DNA of 64,000 nucleotides from an uncultured Poribacteria bacterium (GTDB taxonomy: Bacteria; Poribacteria; WGA-4E; WGA-3G). The stretch lies in assembly GCA_951813565.1 (NCBI GenBank), contig OX638351.1, positions 5,152,001 through 5,216,000 on the forward strand, read 5' to 3'. The notes beneath the pieces were generated by a model. That model was given only the letters and a program-made list of their open reading frames with translations. It was not told the DNA's origin and made no database searches. Shown here piece after piece: positions 9,979 to 20,107 of the stretch. Numbering within the stretch: the stretch's first letter is position 1; each line of letters starts with the position of its first letter. Both the position numbers and the translations under genes were made by a program.

Positions 9979-11997
9979 CGCAGCACCACTTGCGAGTATT
10001 TTGCCATCGTGTGAGAATGCCAGTGTTTCAATCCATTTCGTATGCCCAGACACCGTCCCATGATCTCTACCTGAATCCACATCCCATAATTGGATGAGAT
10101 GCTTTCGACCTACTGATTGAATGTCAAGAAGAGTATTCCCATCTGGCGAGAACAATAAAATGCTACCAAATCCTCGGTGATTCTCAAGAGAGATCACCTT
10201 GTGTTTTTCAATACCTATTGGTGTTATACGCCATAGATCAATGCCTTCACGATATTTGAGAGCAAGCAAAGAACTGTTGGGTGAAAATGCCAATGCATTG
10301 GTATTCTGGATGTTCGGTAACATAATTTCACGCTGCTCGGTAACATCCCACAACTGTGTTTGAATGTGTGTGCCATAAGTAGCGAGAAACTTCCCATTAG
10401 GTGAGAACACTAAATTTCTCTCAAATGGATCTTTTGTGTTAAAGTTGAACAGTTCGACTCCAGAATTTATGTCCAACAAACGAATACCCTGATGACGAGT
10501 GCCGGCAGCGAGTATTTTGTTATCTGGAGAGAACGCGAGTGTTGATGTCTCTTGCGAATAAGACGTGAGTTGGTCACCTGTGGGGAGCATCCACAGCTGA
10601 ATTTCTTTATGTGATCTCCATCTGGCAGATGCGGTTGTGCCCTTTGAACTGACAATAGTATCTGCCCCGTTGCAAGCAAAGAGCGTAGCGTCTTGAGAAA
10701 ACGCTAATGCGTTAATCATATCATAATGCGGAATTGGTGGAGAAGGCAATTCTTTTCCTGTTTTCGTATTCCATATTTGCACAGTACCATTAGACGCAGC
10801 ACTGCAAAGCATAGCGTTATTTTTACTAAACGCAACTGATTTCACCGATTCTGTATATCCTGTAGCAAAGATAGCGAGTTCATCACCTGTATTCGTGTCC
10901 CAGAATCGCACAGTTCCATCAGAACTGCCACTGGCAAGAAGTCCTTTTTTAGTGGGAGAAAAAGTCAGCGCATTAATGCTGTTCTTGTGTCCAGAGAGCG
11001 TAACAACATGACGACCTTTGTTGACATCCCACAGCATGATTGTATTATCGGCACTGCCACTGGCAAGTAATGTGCTGTCAGGTGAAAAAGTAATGGTATT
11101 TATTATTTCAGAATGTCCTTTAAGATTAACACGTTGGACTTTGGTAGCAGTATCCCACAATCGGACTATGTTGTCGTCGTGTGCACTCGCGATGGTTTTG
11201 CTATCCGATGAATATGCTAACGTCTCAACACCTTTTGGGACCTTCTTCTCCTTCGAGTCTCCACCGAGTAACTTAGCAATAGTTCTTCCTAATGAGGGGT
11301 CCGGTTTCTCTTTGAAAACATCTCCTAAACTGCCGCTTGCTTCATCCCATAATCGGATTTCATTTTTTTCTGGTTCGCCGGTCACAAAAGTTTTGCCATC
11401 AGGGGCAAATGCTACGACTTTTTCTGGTTCGCCGGTCACAAAAGTTTTGCCATCAGGGGCAAATGCTACGACTGACCTTGTATCACTAAAATTTTTCGCT
11501 GAAATTTCTTTTCCAGCGTTAATGTCCCATTCAGTTATAAAACCGAATTTGCTGAGACTGAAAAGCCTATTGTTACCCGGGGAAAATTCCAATGCCGAAA
11601 CTTCAGCGAACCGATCATGTAATGTAAGAATTGGTAGTTTGTTACCAGAATTCAGATCCCACAACTGAATGACATGATTTGTAAGACTGCCACTTGCAAG
11701 TAATTTTCCATCTGTTGAAAATGCAAGTGCGCTGATCTCCTCATATTGTCCAGTGAAGAGTGATGTCTCTTGTCCATTCGGTATATCATATAACCAAATT
11801 CCAATACTCGTTCCGACGGCAAGGCGCGTGCCATCAGGTGAAAACCGCATAATACCAATCCCGCCCTTTCCAAGCCGTGCGATTGCGCCTTCAGGTAGAC
11901 CGGCCTGTGTGTTGTCTTGTGCGAAACTGGTTGGGAGTATCGTAAAAATCAATATAATCAACAGCAAAATGACGAAATATGAATGTTTTGTTGGCAT
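9910..11997 (-). CDS. Secreted WD40-repeat protein (core type C) with internal 18-aa duplication
   Basis: Start taken at MPTKHS (11997), just after the upstream stop; WD repeats. Confidence 0.9.
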   Translation of the reverse strand: MPTKHSYFVILLLIILIFTILPTSFAQDNTQAGLPEGAIARLGKGGIGIMRFSPDGTRLAVGTSIGIWLYDIPNGQETSLFTGQYEEISALAFSTDGKLLASGSLTNHVIQLWDLNSGNKLPILTLHDRFAEVSALEFSPGNNRLFSLSKFGFITEWDINAGKEISAKNFSDTRSVVAFAPDGKTFVTGEPEKVVAFAPDGKTFVTGEPEKNEIRLWDEASGSLGDVFKEKPDPSLGRTIAKLLGGDSKEKKVPKGVETLAYSSDSKTIASAHDDNIVRLWDTATKVQRVNLKGHSEIINTITFSPDSTLLASGSADNTIMLWDVNKGRHVVTLSGHKNSINALTFSPTKKGLLASGSSDGTVRFWDTNTGDELAIFATGYTESVKSVAFSKNNAMLCSAASNGTVQIWNTKTGKELPSPPIPHYDMINALAFSQDATLFACNGADTIVSSKGTTASARWRSHKEIQLWMLPTGDQLTSYSQETSTLAFSPDNKILAAGTRHQGIRLLDINSGVELFNFNTKDPFERNLVFSPNGKFLATYGTHIQTQLWDVTEQREIMLPNIQNTNALAFSPNSSLLALKYREGIDLWRITPIGIEKHKVISLENHRGFGSILLFSPDGNTLLDIQSVGRKHLIQLWDVDSGRDHGTVSGHTKWIETLAFSHDGKILASGAADGTVLLWDWDKIISKAKEKIGN
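11365..11473. repeat. Perfect 54-bp tandem duplication (2 copies)
   Basis: Encodes VVAFAPDGKTFVTGEPEK twice with identical DNA. Confidence 0.9.
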
Positions 11998-11999
11998 GG

Positions 12000-14042
12000 T
12001 TAATTTCCTTTGTTTTTTCTTGCTTTGGTAACGATTTTTTCCCAATCCCAGAGGAGGACTGTGCCATCCTTAGCTCCACTTGCGAGTATTTTACCGTCGT
12101 GTGAAAAAACCAATGTTGTTATTCGTTCTGTATGTCCTGATAGAGATCCCAAACTACTTCCATTTACCACATCCCACAACACGATTCTTATTCCCCATCC
12201 AAACGTATCAGGATCAAGGAGTATTTTCGCATCCGGAGAGAATAATAATAGGTTATGAAAATCACCCTTACTGTCCGGAATACTACTTCGTTTGTTCATT
12301 CCTGTTGGAGTAACATTCCACAAAACAATGTCCTGGTGATGATTGCTTTGAGCTACAAGTGTGCTATCGGGAGAAAATGCAATAGCGCTACATTCGCCCA
12401 TCAGTGGAGGATTAATCTTTTCTTGTGAAACAACATTCCATATCTGTGTCTGGACATAAGTCCCGTATGTAGCAAAGTGTTTCCCGTTGGGTGAGAACAG
12501 AAGAGATCTTGTAAAAGGTTCTCTAACGTCAAAGTGAGATATAAGTAGTTTTATAGGAACGTTCACGTTCCATAAACTGATTCCTTTTCCTTCAATGTTG
12601 GCTGCAAGGATATTATTGTCAGGTGAAATTGAGAGTGCGTTCGTAGTGGCTTTAATGTTTTGCCAAGGTCCAAAGATTTCATCAGAGGTGTCAACGTCCC
12701 ATAATTGAATGGTGTCACGTGATTTCCCTCCACCACGTCTACTAATACCAGATGGATTGAATAAAATTGAGTTGCTGCCTTGACAGGCTAATAACTTCGC
12801 ATCAGATGAAAGCACAACAGCATTACATGAATCATTTTGAGCATCTATAAACGTATTTATTTCTTCTCGGGACTTTAGATTCCATACATCAACGGTTCCG
12901 TTAAATGCAGCGCTTGAAAGTGTTGAATCATTTACCGAAAATGCAATAGCTTGAACAGATTCAATATGTCCCGTTGAAAAAGTGTTAATTTTTCTTCCAG
13001 TCACAGGATTCCAGAATCGGATAGTGCCATCACTACTACCACTCGCTAATGTTTTCCCATCAGGCGAAAATGCCAACGCGTAAACCCCATTTGTATGTTC
13101 ATTCAGTGTTGCACGATTTTGTTTTGTTTTCAAGTCCCAAAGTTTGATGACATTCTTTTCATCTCCACTGGCAAGAGTATTACCATCTTTTGAGAATGCG
13201 ACTGCGGTAATACCTCCCTTATGTCCTTTGAAAGTCACAAGTTTTTTACTTTTCTCAATATCCCACAATTGAACTGTTCGGTCTAAGCTGCCGCTTGCAA
13301 GCATTTTTCCGTTTGAAGAGAATGTTAATGACCAAATATTAGGATTCTGAGGCAAGTTAAACGCACCGGAAACGATAGATGGAAGTAAGCCTTTACCTTT
13401 AAAAAGACTCGAATGTCCCTTGAGAGTTTCCCTCTTACTTCTCTGGTTCACATCCCATAAATTGATTTTACCGTTGTCTTCACCTATGACAAAGATGCTT
13501 CCGTTTTGAGAAATTGCTGTTGACTTGTTTAGATACATGCTCCGTAAATTAAACAATGCTTTGCTGCCGGTTTTAACGTCCCAAAGGATAACATGACCGA
13601 ACATAACAAGACTGATAAGCGTAGCGTTGTCTTCGGAAAATGCCAATGCTGATATCGCATGTGATCTACCATCTGTTTTAAAGGTTGAAAGTTTATTGCT
13701 GTTACTCACGTCCCACAACTGAATGACAGGATTGTTAAACCCTCCGCTTGCGAGAATTTTGCTGTCGTGTGAAAATGCAAGCGCGTTTACTTGTCCAGGT
13801 TTTCCAGTAAATAAAGCAGTCTCTTTCCCATCCGGCACATCGTATAACCAAACCCCAACATTTGTTCCTACAGCGAGGCGCGTGCCATCAGGAGAAAACC
13901 GCATGATATTAATGCCACCTTTTCCAAGCCGTGCAATTGCACCTTCAGGTAGACCGACCTGTGTATTGTCTTGTCCGAAACTGAAAGAGATTAACACTGC
14001 CGTCAATAGAATAGTGGTGAAGGATAAGTATTTGGTTTTCAT
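12000..14042 (-). CDS. Secreted WD40-repeat protein (core type B)
   Basis: Signal peptide identical to that of the 7864 gene; WD repeats; HTNGV motif shared with the 3520 gene. Confidence 0.92.
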   Translation of the reverse strand: MKTKYLSFTTILLTAVLISFSFGQDNTQVGLPEGAIARLGKGGINIMRFSPDGTRLAVGTNVGVWLYDVPDGKETALFTGKPGQVNALAFSHDSKILASGGFNNPVIQLWDVSNSNKLSTFKTDGRSHAISALAFSEDNATLISLVMFGHVILWDVKTGSKALFNLRSMYLNKSTAISQNGSIFVIGEDNGKINLWDVNQRSKRETLKGHSSLFKGKGLLPSIVSGAFNLPQNPNIWSLTFSSNGKMLASGSLDRTVQLWDIEKSKKLVTFKGHKGGITAVAFSKDGNTLASGDEKNVIKLWDLKTKQNRATLNEHTNGVYALAFSPDGKTLASGSSDGTIRFWNPVTGRKINTFSTGHIESVQAIAFSVNDSTLSSAAFNGTVDVWNLKSREEINTFIDAQNDSCNAVVLSSDAKLLACQGSNSILFNPSGISRRGGGKSRDTIQLWDVDTSDEIFGPWQNIKATTNALSISPDNNILAANIEGKGISLWNVNVPIKLLISHFDVREPFTRSLLFSPNGKHFATYGTYVQTQIWNVVSQEKINPPLMGECSAIAFSPDSTLVAQSNHHQDIVLWNVTPTGMNKRSSIPDSKGDFHNLLLFSPDAKILLDPDTFGWGIRIVLWDVVNGSSLGSLSGHTERITTLVFSHDGKILASGAKDGTVLLWDWEKIVTKARKNKGN

Positions 14043-14045
14043 ATA

Positions 14046-16034
14046 TTAATTTCCTATCTTTTCTTTTGCTTTGGAGATGATCTTGTCCCAGTCCCAAAGA
14101 AGAACAGTGCCATCACTGCTGCCACTTGCGAGCGTTTTTTCGTCGTGAGAAAACACAAGCGTTTCCACAGGTTCTGTATGTCCGGACAGAATTCCCAAAT
14201 TTTTACCTGTTTCCACATCCCATAATTTAATTGGATTACCCCAACCCGCCATTGCTGATCCAATGAGGATAGATCCATCAGGTGAGAACGTCAAGACACT
14301 TTTAAATGCCTGCAAATTACCAGGAATTATTGTAGGTTCGACTTCCGATTCATTTTGAAATTTCCACAGATAGATACCTTCTTTACCTATTATTGCAAGA
14401 ATTGAACTGTCGGGTGAAAATGTTATTGAATTGGTTTTCTCAATTGATAATATAGCAGGTTCGTTGTTGGGTGCTTCAACATTCCATACTTTCGTTTTCC
14501 CAGAGCCTTCGCTGGTGGCAATCCATTTTCCATCGGGTGAAAATACTGGATTTGACCAAGGTGACCATCGTGCGTTAAGTCGAAACAATTGAACACCGGT
14601 GTTAATGTGCCATGCTCGAATTTCTCCATGAACACTTACTGCAATAATATCGTAATCAGGAGAGAAAAAGACGCTTGATGCATTTCTACCATCAGTTTGC
14701 CATGGTCCAGGGATTTCAACACCTGTGGCAATTTCCCATAATTGAAGACGAGTGCCACCCCGGAAACTGCCACGGTGACCGAAACCATAAGGATTGAACG
14801 CAATTGAACCATTTTTGCCCATTCTGGCAAAAATGGTGGCATCTGATGAAAGTGCTGCTACATCGGTAGAATCACATTGCCCATCGGTGAAGGTAAACAT
14901 TTCACGTTTAGTTTTTAGCCTCCATACATCTACAATACCGTTAAAAGCAACAGTTGTAAGTGTTGTATCGTTTTTAGAAAAAGCAACTGATTTCACCGAT
15001 TCTATGTGTCCGCTTGCAAAGGTAGCAAGTTCTTTTCCTTTGACAGGATTCCAGAATCGAATTGTGCCATCTGCACTACCGCTTGCAAGACATCCACTAT
15101 AACGTGAACCACCATACGGTGCGAAGGCTAAGGCGTTAATGGTATTTTTATGACCTGTGATGGTATCACGGGCTTTTCGTGTTTCTAAATCCCAAAGTTT
15201 AATTGTTTTATTAGCGTCTCCACTGGCAAGCGTACTACCGTCTTCGGAGAATGCGATAGCGGTAACCCATCCGAGATGTCCAGAAAGCGTGCCAAGTTCT
15301 TTGTGGTTCTGAGTATCCCACAACTTCACAGTCTTGTCTTCACTTCCGCTCGCAAGTATTTTGCCATCCGGTGAAAACGCTATTGCTCGAATTTCTGAAT
15401 CATCACCAGCCCCATGTCCCTTGAGAGTTGCCTGTTGGCTACTTGTTGTTGTATCCCATAAATGGATCCCTCCATTTCGGTCTGCAATGGCAAGGCTACT
15501 ACCATCTTGAGAAAAAGCAACAACATCGTAAGAGATGTTCACACTTGATTGCAATAATTTATTACCTGTGTCTACCTGCCAATAGCTAACATTATCATGC
15601 CCACCTATGCTTATAAGGGTTCTTCCATAAAATGTTAATGCATCTAATAAATTGGGACCTCGTGTGAATATAGGGGTTGAGAGTTTGCTTTTAGTTGCGA
15701 TGTCCCAAATTTGGATAACAGGATTATTAAATCCACCGCTTGCGAGGATATTTTCATCTTGTGAGAAAGCGAGTGCATTTACTTGGCCTGTATGTCCTGT
15801 GAACAAAGCAGTTTCTTTTCCATCAGGTACATCGTATAGCCATACGCCGACATCCGTTCCTACTGCGAGGTGCGTGCCATCAGGTGAAAATCGCATGATG
15901 TTAATCCCGCCCTTTCCAAGCCGTGCAATTGCACCTTCAGGTAGACCGACCTGTGTATTGTTTTGCGCGAAACTGAAAGAGATTAACACTGCCGTCAATA
16001 GAATAGTGGTGAAGTAAAAGTGTTTGGTTTTCAT
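14046..16034 (-). CDS. Secreted WD40-repeat protein (core type A)
   Basis: Leader, WD repeats, LTFYGRTLI and RYSGCLASG motifs. Confidence 0.92.
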   Translation of the reverse strand: MKTKHFYFTTILLTAVLISFSFAQNNTQVGLPEGAIARLGKGGINIMRFSPDGTHLAVGTDVGVWLYDVPDGKETALFTGHTGQVNALAFSQDENILASGGFNNPVIQIWDIATKSKLSTPIFTRGPNLLDALTFYGRTLISIGGHDNVSYWQVDTGNKLLQSSVNISYDVVAFSQDGSSLAIADRNGGIHLWDTTTSSQQATLKGHGAGDDSEIRAIAFSPDGKILASGSEDKTVKLWDTQNHKELGTLSGHLGWVTAIAFSEDGSTLASGDANKTIKLWDLETRKARDTITGHKNTINALAFAPYGGSRYSGCLASGSADGTIRFWNPVKGKELATFASGHIESVKSVAFSKNDTTLTTVAFNGIVDVWRLKTKREMFTFTDGQCDSTDVAALSSDATIFARMGKNGSIAFNPYGFGHRGSFRGGTRLQLWEIATGVEIPGPWQTDGRNASSVFFSPDYDIIAVSVHGEIRAWHINTGVQLFRLNARWSPWSNPVFSPDGKWIATSEGSGKTKVWNVEAPNNEPAILSIEKTNSITFSPDSSILAIIGKEGIYLWKFQNESEVEPTIIPGNLQAFKSVLTFSPDGSILIGSAMAGWGNPIKLWDVETGKNLGILSGHTEPVETLVFSHDEKTLASGSSDGTVLLWDWDKIISKAKEKIGN

Positions 16035-16037
16035 ATA

Positions 16038-18146
16038 TTAATTTCCTATCTTTTCTTTTGCTTTGGAGATGATCTTGTCCCAGTCCCAAAGAAGAACAGT
16101 GCCATCACTGCTGCCACTTGCAAGCGTTTTTTTGTCATGAGAAAAAACGAGTGTTTGTACCGGTTCTGAATGCCCGAAAAGCGTGCCTAATCTACGACCC
16201 GAATCCACTTCGAATAATTCAATTGTATCTTCCCATAAATCTGATCTCGGAAAAAGAAGGATTTTTCCATCTGGTGAGAAAATTAATATGTTTTCTCGCG
16301 CAAAGAATGCTTCTGGACGAATTTTGTTGCGTACCTGCATGCCCGTTGGTTTAACATTGTACAAATCAATGCCTTTATTATGTTTGAAAGCGATGAGAGA
16401 ACTATCTGGAGAAAATGCGATTCCGTTTACCCACTTGATGTCAGGCGGTGTAATTTCATGTTGTGTGAAAACATCCCAGACGTTTGGGGTAGATGCAGAC
16501 AGAGCCAGAAACTTCCCATTTGGTGAGAACATCAGTTTATCTTCATAGGATATTAACGTCTTTATGCGAAACATTTCAAGTCCAGAGTCTATGCTCCACA
16601 AACGTATGCCTTGCTTACGAATCGCAGCAGCAAGGATTCTATTATCTGGTGAGAATGCAAGAGAATCTGCTTCCAGTGCAAGAGAGAGAAGTTTGTCACC
16701 TGTGGGTAGGATCCATAGATGCATTCCTTTATGTGGTTTTTGGGTTGTACGCGTACTTTTTCCTATTGACCTTTCTATAGTATCTGCACCGCGGCTTGCA
16801 AAAAGCGTAGCATCTTGCGATAATGCTAAGGCTTCAGTTTTATCATGATGCACTATTGATGGTGTGGGTAGTTGTCGTCCAGTTTTTACATTCCATATTT
16901 GAACTGTACCATTAGTCGTCGCACTGGCAAGCATTTGATTGCTGGCAGTGAACGCTACTGCATTAACTTCCGACGTGTGTTCGGTGGAAAAAATAGATTG
17001 TTCTTGTCCGGTATGTGTGTTCCAGAAACGGATTGTACCATCCGAACTCCCACTGGCGAGTATTTCTTTGTTAACAGGTGAGAACGCTAATGCTCTAACG
17101 CTACCCTTATGCGCTGTGAGGATAGCCTGCTGTTGTGCTTTCTTAACATCCCACAAAAGTATTCGGTTATCTGCTCCACCGCTCGCAAGTATTGTACTAT
17201 CGGATGCGAAAGCCAACGCATCAACCTTTTCTGTATGTGCCTTAAGAACAGCACGTTCAGTGCTCGTAATCGTATCCCATAACCGTACAGTGTTGTCATC
17301 ATGTGCACTCGCAACAGTTTTTCCGTCTGGTGAGAATGCAAGCGCATTAACCCCTTTTTGCGGTATTCGCTTTTTCCATGACAGAATAGCAAATGGGGTC
17401 TTTGCTTTGAAAATAGACAGTTGATACCCTGTGACTGCATCCCATAAGCGGATTTTTCCATTTTCTGGATCACCACTTACAAAGGTTTTATTATCATGAG
17501 TAAATGCTATTAGGTCGCGATAATGTTCGCCATAATAACCGTCTTCCAGTGGCTCGTTATCAGTGCTTCTACCCTTGTGCTTCGTTATAAGTTTTCCGCT
17601 GGTAACATCCCAATGATAAATACAGCTGAATTGGTTTGGCGTAATAAGGATTTTACTATCCTTAGAAAATGTCATTGCTGACACACCATCAGAACTGCTA
17701 TATAAAGGTATGCAGAAAAGTTCATTACCCGATTCGATGTTCCACAATCGAATAACTGAGTTAGATGAACCACTACTTGCCAAAATTCGATTGTCGGGTG
17801 AGAACGCCAAGCTGTCCACATGAACGATTGTACGGACATTCCATTCTTCACGTACTACTGACTCTATTTCATGATTGTTGACACGGATTGACTGTGCGGG
17901 GAACAAAGCCTTAGCGTTACGGGTATTCATATCGTATAGCCATACGCCGACATCCGTTCCTACTGCAAGGCGCGTGCCATCAGGAGAAAACCGCATGATA
18001 TTAATGCCACCTTTGCCAAGCCGTGCGATAGCACCTTCAGGTAAACCGATTTGTGTGTTGTCTTCCGCTAAACTGGTTGAATAAAAGGAAAAACTCAGTA
18101 CGAAAATAAAAAAAGCAATAAAATGAATGTGTTGTTTCTTTTTCAT
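16038..18146 (-). CDS. Secreted WD40-repeat protein (core type C), first gene of the array
   Basis: Signal peptide, leader, WD repeats, AHDDN motif; GAGG RBS upstream. Confidence 0.92.
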   Translation of the reverse strand: MKKKQHIHFIAFFIFVLSFSFYSTSLAEDNTQIGLPEGAIARLGKGGINIMRFSPDGTRLAVGTDVGVWLYDMNTRNAKALFPAQSIRVNNHEIESVVREEWNVRTIVHVDSLAFSPDNRILASSGSSNSVIRLWNIESGNELFCIPLYSSSDGVSAMTFSKDSKILITPNQFSCIYHWDVTSGKLITKHKGRSTDNEPLEDGYYGEHYRDLIAFTHDNKTFVSGDPENGKIRLWDAVTGYQLSIFKAKTPFAILSWKKRIPQKGVNALAFSPDGKTVASAHDDNTVRLWDTITSTERAVLKAHTEKVDALAFASDSTILASGGADNRILLWDVKKAQQQAILTAHKGSVRALAFSPVNKEILASGSSDGTIRFWNTHTGQEQSIFSTEHTSEVNAVAFTASNQMLASATTNGTVQIWNVKTGRQLPTPSIVHHDKTEALALSQDATLFASRGADTIERSIGKSTRTTQKPHKGMHLWILPTGDKLLSLALEADSLAFSPDNRILAAAIRKQGIRLWSIDSGLEMFRIKTLISYEDKLMFSPNGKFLALSASTPNVWDVFTQHEITPPDIKWVNGIAFSPDSSLIAFKHNKGIDLYNVKPTGMQVRNKIRPEAFFARENILIFSPDGKILLFPRSDLWEDTIELFEVDSGRRLGTLFGHSEPVQTLVFSHDKKTLASGSSDGTVLLWDWDKIISKAKEKIGN

Positions 18147-18350
18147 CACTAAAATCCCTCAAAATTGGATGTTTGAATACTTAATATCAGAGGGCGCGGG
18201 TTACATCTAAGAGTGGGAGTAAACAGTTAATATCTGACAAAAAACTTGAGAAAAAACAGCGTTTGTGAGATACTAATAGTATATATCAAATCTTTACAGA
18301 ATTTCCACCCCAAAATCTTGAGACGTTCGTTAAAATTTAGGAGAGTGTAT

Positions 18351-18650
18351 ATGGTTGAACATATTGTCCTACTCAAGTTGAAGTCGGATGTTACCTCAGC
18401 ACAAATTGATGCTTTGCCTGATGCTTTATTAGAAATGGCTGATGAAATACCCGGCATTGAATCTATTACTGCTGGTACTAACAACAGTCCTGAAGGTAAG
18501 AGTCAGGGATATACCTACGGTTTTATTGTGCGGTTTAAAGATGAAGCTGCGCGAGATGCATATCTACCACATCCTTTTCATCGTAAAGTTGCAGGTGAAC
18601 ACATCCGACCACTTGTTGAGGACGTTCTGGTTTTTGACTATACTGCTTAA
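18351..18650 (+). CDS. Dabb family (stress-responsive A/B barrel) protein
   Basis: MVEHIVLLKLK...IPGI...GTNNSPEG...YLPHPFH...VFDY; AGGAG RBS before ATG 18351. Confidence 0.88.
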   Translation: MVEHIVLLKLKSDVTSAQIDALPDALLEMADEIPGIESITAGTNNSPEGKSQGYTYGFIVRFKDEAARDAYLPHPFHRKVAGEHIRPLVEDVLVFDYTA

Positions 18651-18704
18651 TTGAAATGTAATTGTAAAAAAATAAAAGGTTTCACAAATTTCTTTGGAGG
18701 TAAT

Positions 18705-20093
18705 ATGAGTTGGAATATTGTCGTAGTTGTTTCAGATACACTTCGGACAGCATATTTAAGCCCTTATGGTAACGATTGGGTTCGGACGCCGAATTTGCAG
18801 CGTTTTGCCGAAGAGGGTGTCCGATTTACCAATGCGCACCCTGAGTGCTTACCTACAATCCCCACGCGACGTACATTACATACAGGTAGGCGCATCTATC
18901 CATTTAGTTCTTATAACCCTGTGCCGTGGGATAACGTCTATACCCCTGGTTGGCAGCCGATGTCTTCAGATGAACCCGCAATCGCTGAATCACTTGTTCG
19001 AAATGGTTATCACACAGGTTTTTTCGCGGATGTACCACACTATTTTGTGCCGGGCATGAACTTTACACGAGGATTCCGACAGTGGCAGTTTGTTCGTGGC
19101 CAAGCCGAAGATAGATACCGTGGCGGCGCACACGCTGATCCAAGTCAAGTTGCCAGATACCGTGGTAATCCGGAACGTGTACGTTCTCATATTGTGAACG
19201 TCCAACCGGAACGCGAGGAAGAAAACTGGCCCACTGCGCGATTGTTCCGTGCTGCGATTGAATTTGTGGAACATAATCATGAAAACACCCCTTTTTATCT
19301 ATATGTTGACGGATTCACACCACACGAAACATGGGAAGCACCTATCCACTACTATGACCTCTACGGTAGCCGAGAGGATCGCGAACCGATCTGTCTCAAT
19401 CTTCCTTACGGTTCGCTCAAAGATGAAGAACTTGAAGAACGTCTGCCAAGTGTTAAAGCAAATTATGCAGGTTTAGTTACACTCGTAGATACGTGGTTTG
19501 GAAGATTAGTAGATACTATTGATCGGCTTGGATTACGCGACAACACACTGATTGTTTTCCTGAGTGATCATGGTACCAACTTTGCCGAGAATCCTGATAA
19601 AGCCACTGGCAAACCTGCGAACTTTATGTATCCCGGCACGATGGATATTCCGCTCCTCGTCCGACATCCGTCTGGTGTAAACGCTGGCACAACGTGTGAT
19701 GAATTTGTTTATACGCTTGATGTGCCTGCCACTGTTATGGCAGCAAGCCAGGTTGAACCTGCTGGCGAAATTCAAGGGCAAAGTCTACTTCCTCTCGTTG
19801 AAGGAAAAAGTGGATTCACATCACGCGAATACCTCACTTGTCGTTATGTCAACGCTGTTTGGTATAAAGACGCGAAGAGTTGGTATTTTTCAAGTGTTGA
19901 TCTTAATAGCGGTACACGCCTATTTGACCTTGAGGCAGATCCGACATGTCAAAATAACATTTCGGAGCAAGGCACAGATCGGATTGCACTTGCGCATGAG
20001 CGTATCTTAGCCGATGCAGGCGGACGTCTGCCGCACTACAAACGTCAAGGCAGAACGGATGCACTCGGCAGACCGCAGTTCGCTGAGGAATAA
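18705..20093 (+). CDS. Sulfatase-like hydrolase (alkaline phosphatase superfamily)
   Basis: NIVVVVSDTLR, TIPTRRTLHTGR, PHETW, SDHG motifs; GGAGG RBS before 18705. Confidence 0.85.
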   Translation: MSWNIVVVVSDTLRTAYLSPYGNDWVRTPNLQRFAEEGVRFTNAHPECLPTIPTRRTLHTGRRIYPFSSYNPVPWDNVYTPGWQPMSSDEPAIAESLVRNGYHTGFFADVPHYFVPGMNFTRGFRQWQFVRGQAEDRYRGGAHADPSQVARYRGNPERVRSHIVNVQPEREEENWPTARLFRAAIEFVEHNHENTPFYLYVDGFTPHETWEAPIHYYDLYGSREDREPICLNLPYGSLKDEELEERLPSVKANYAGLVTLVDTWFGRLVDTIDRLGLRDNTLIVFLSDHGTNFAENPDKATGKPANFMYPGTMDIPLLVRHPSGVNAGTTCDEFVYTLDVPATVMAASQVEPAGEIQGQSLLPLVEGKSGFTSREYLTCRYVNAVWYKDAKSWYFSSVDLNSGTRLFDLEADPTCQNNISEQGTDRIALAHERILADAGGRLPHYKRQGRTDALGRPQFAEE

Positions 20094-20107
20094 TATTTAG
20101 CCAAAGG

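Noticed and set aside
1539..18084. Recurring plus-strand ORFs antisense to the WD40 genes (e.g. ...PPFPSRAIAPSGRPTCVLS...)
   Set aside because: Shadows of the conserved WD40 leader and tail; no independent coding evidence.
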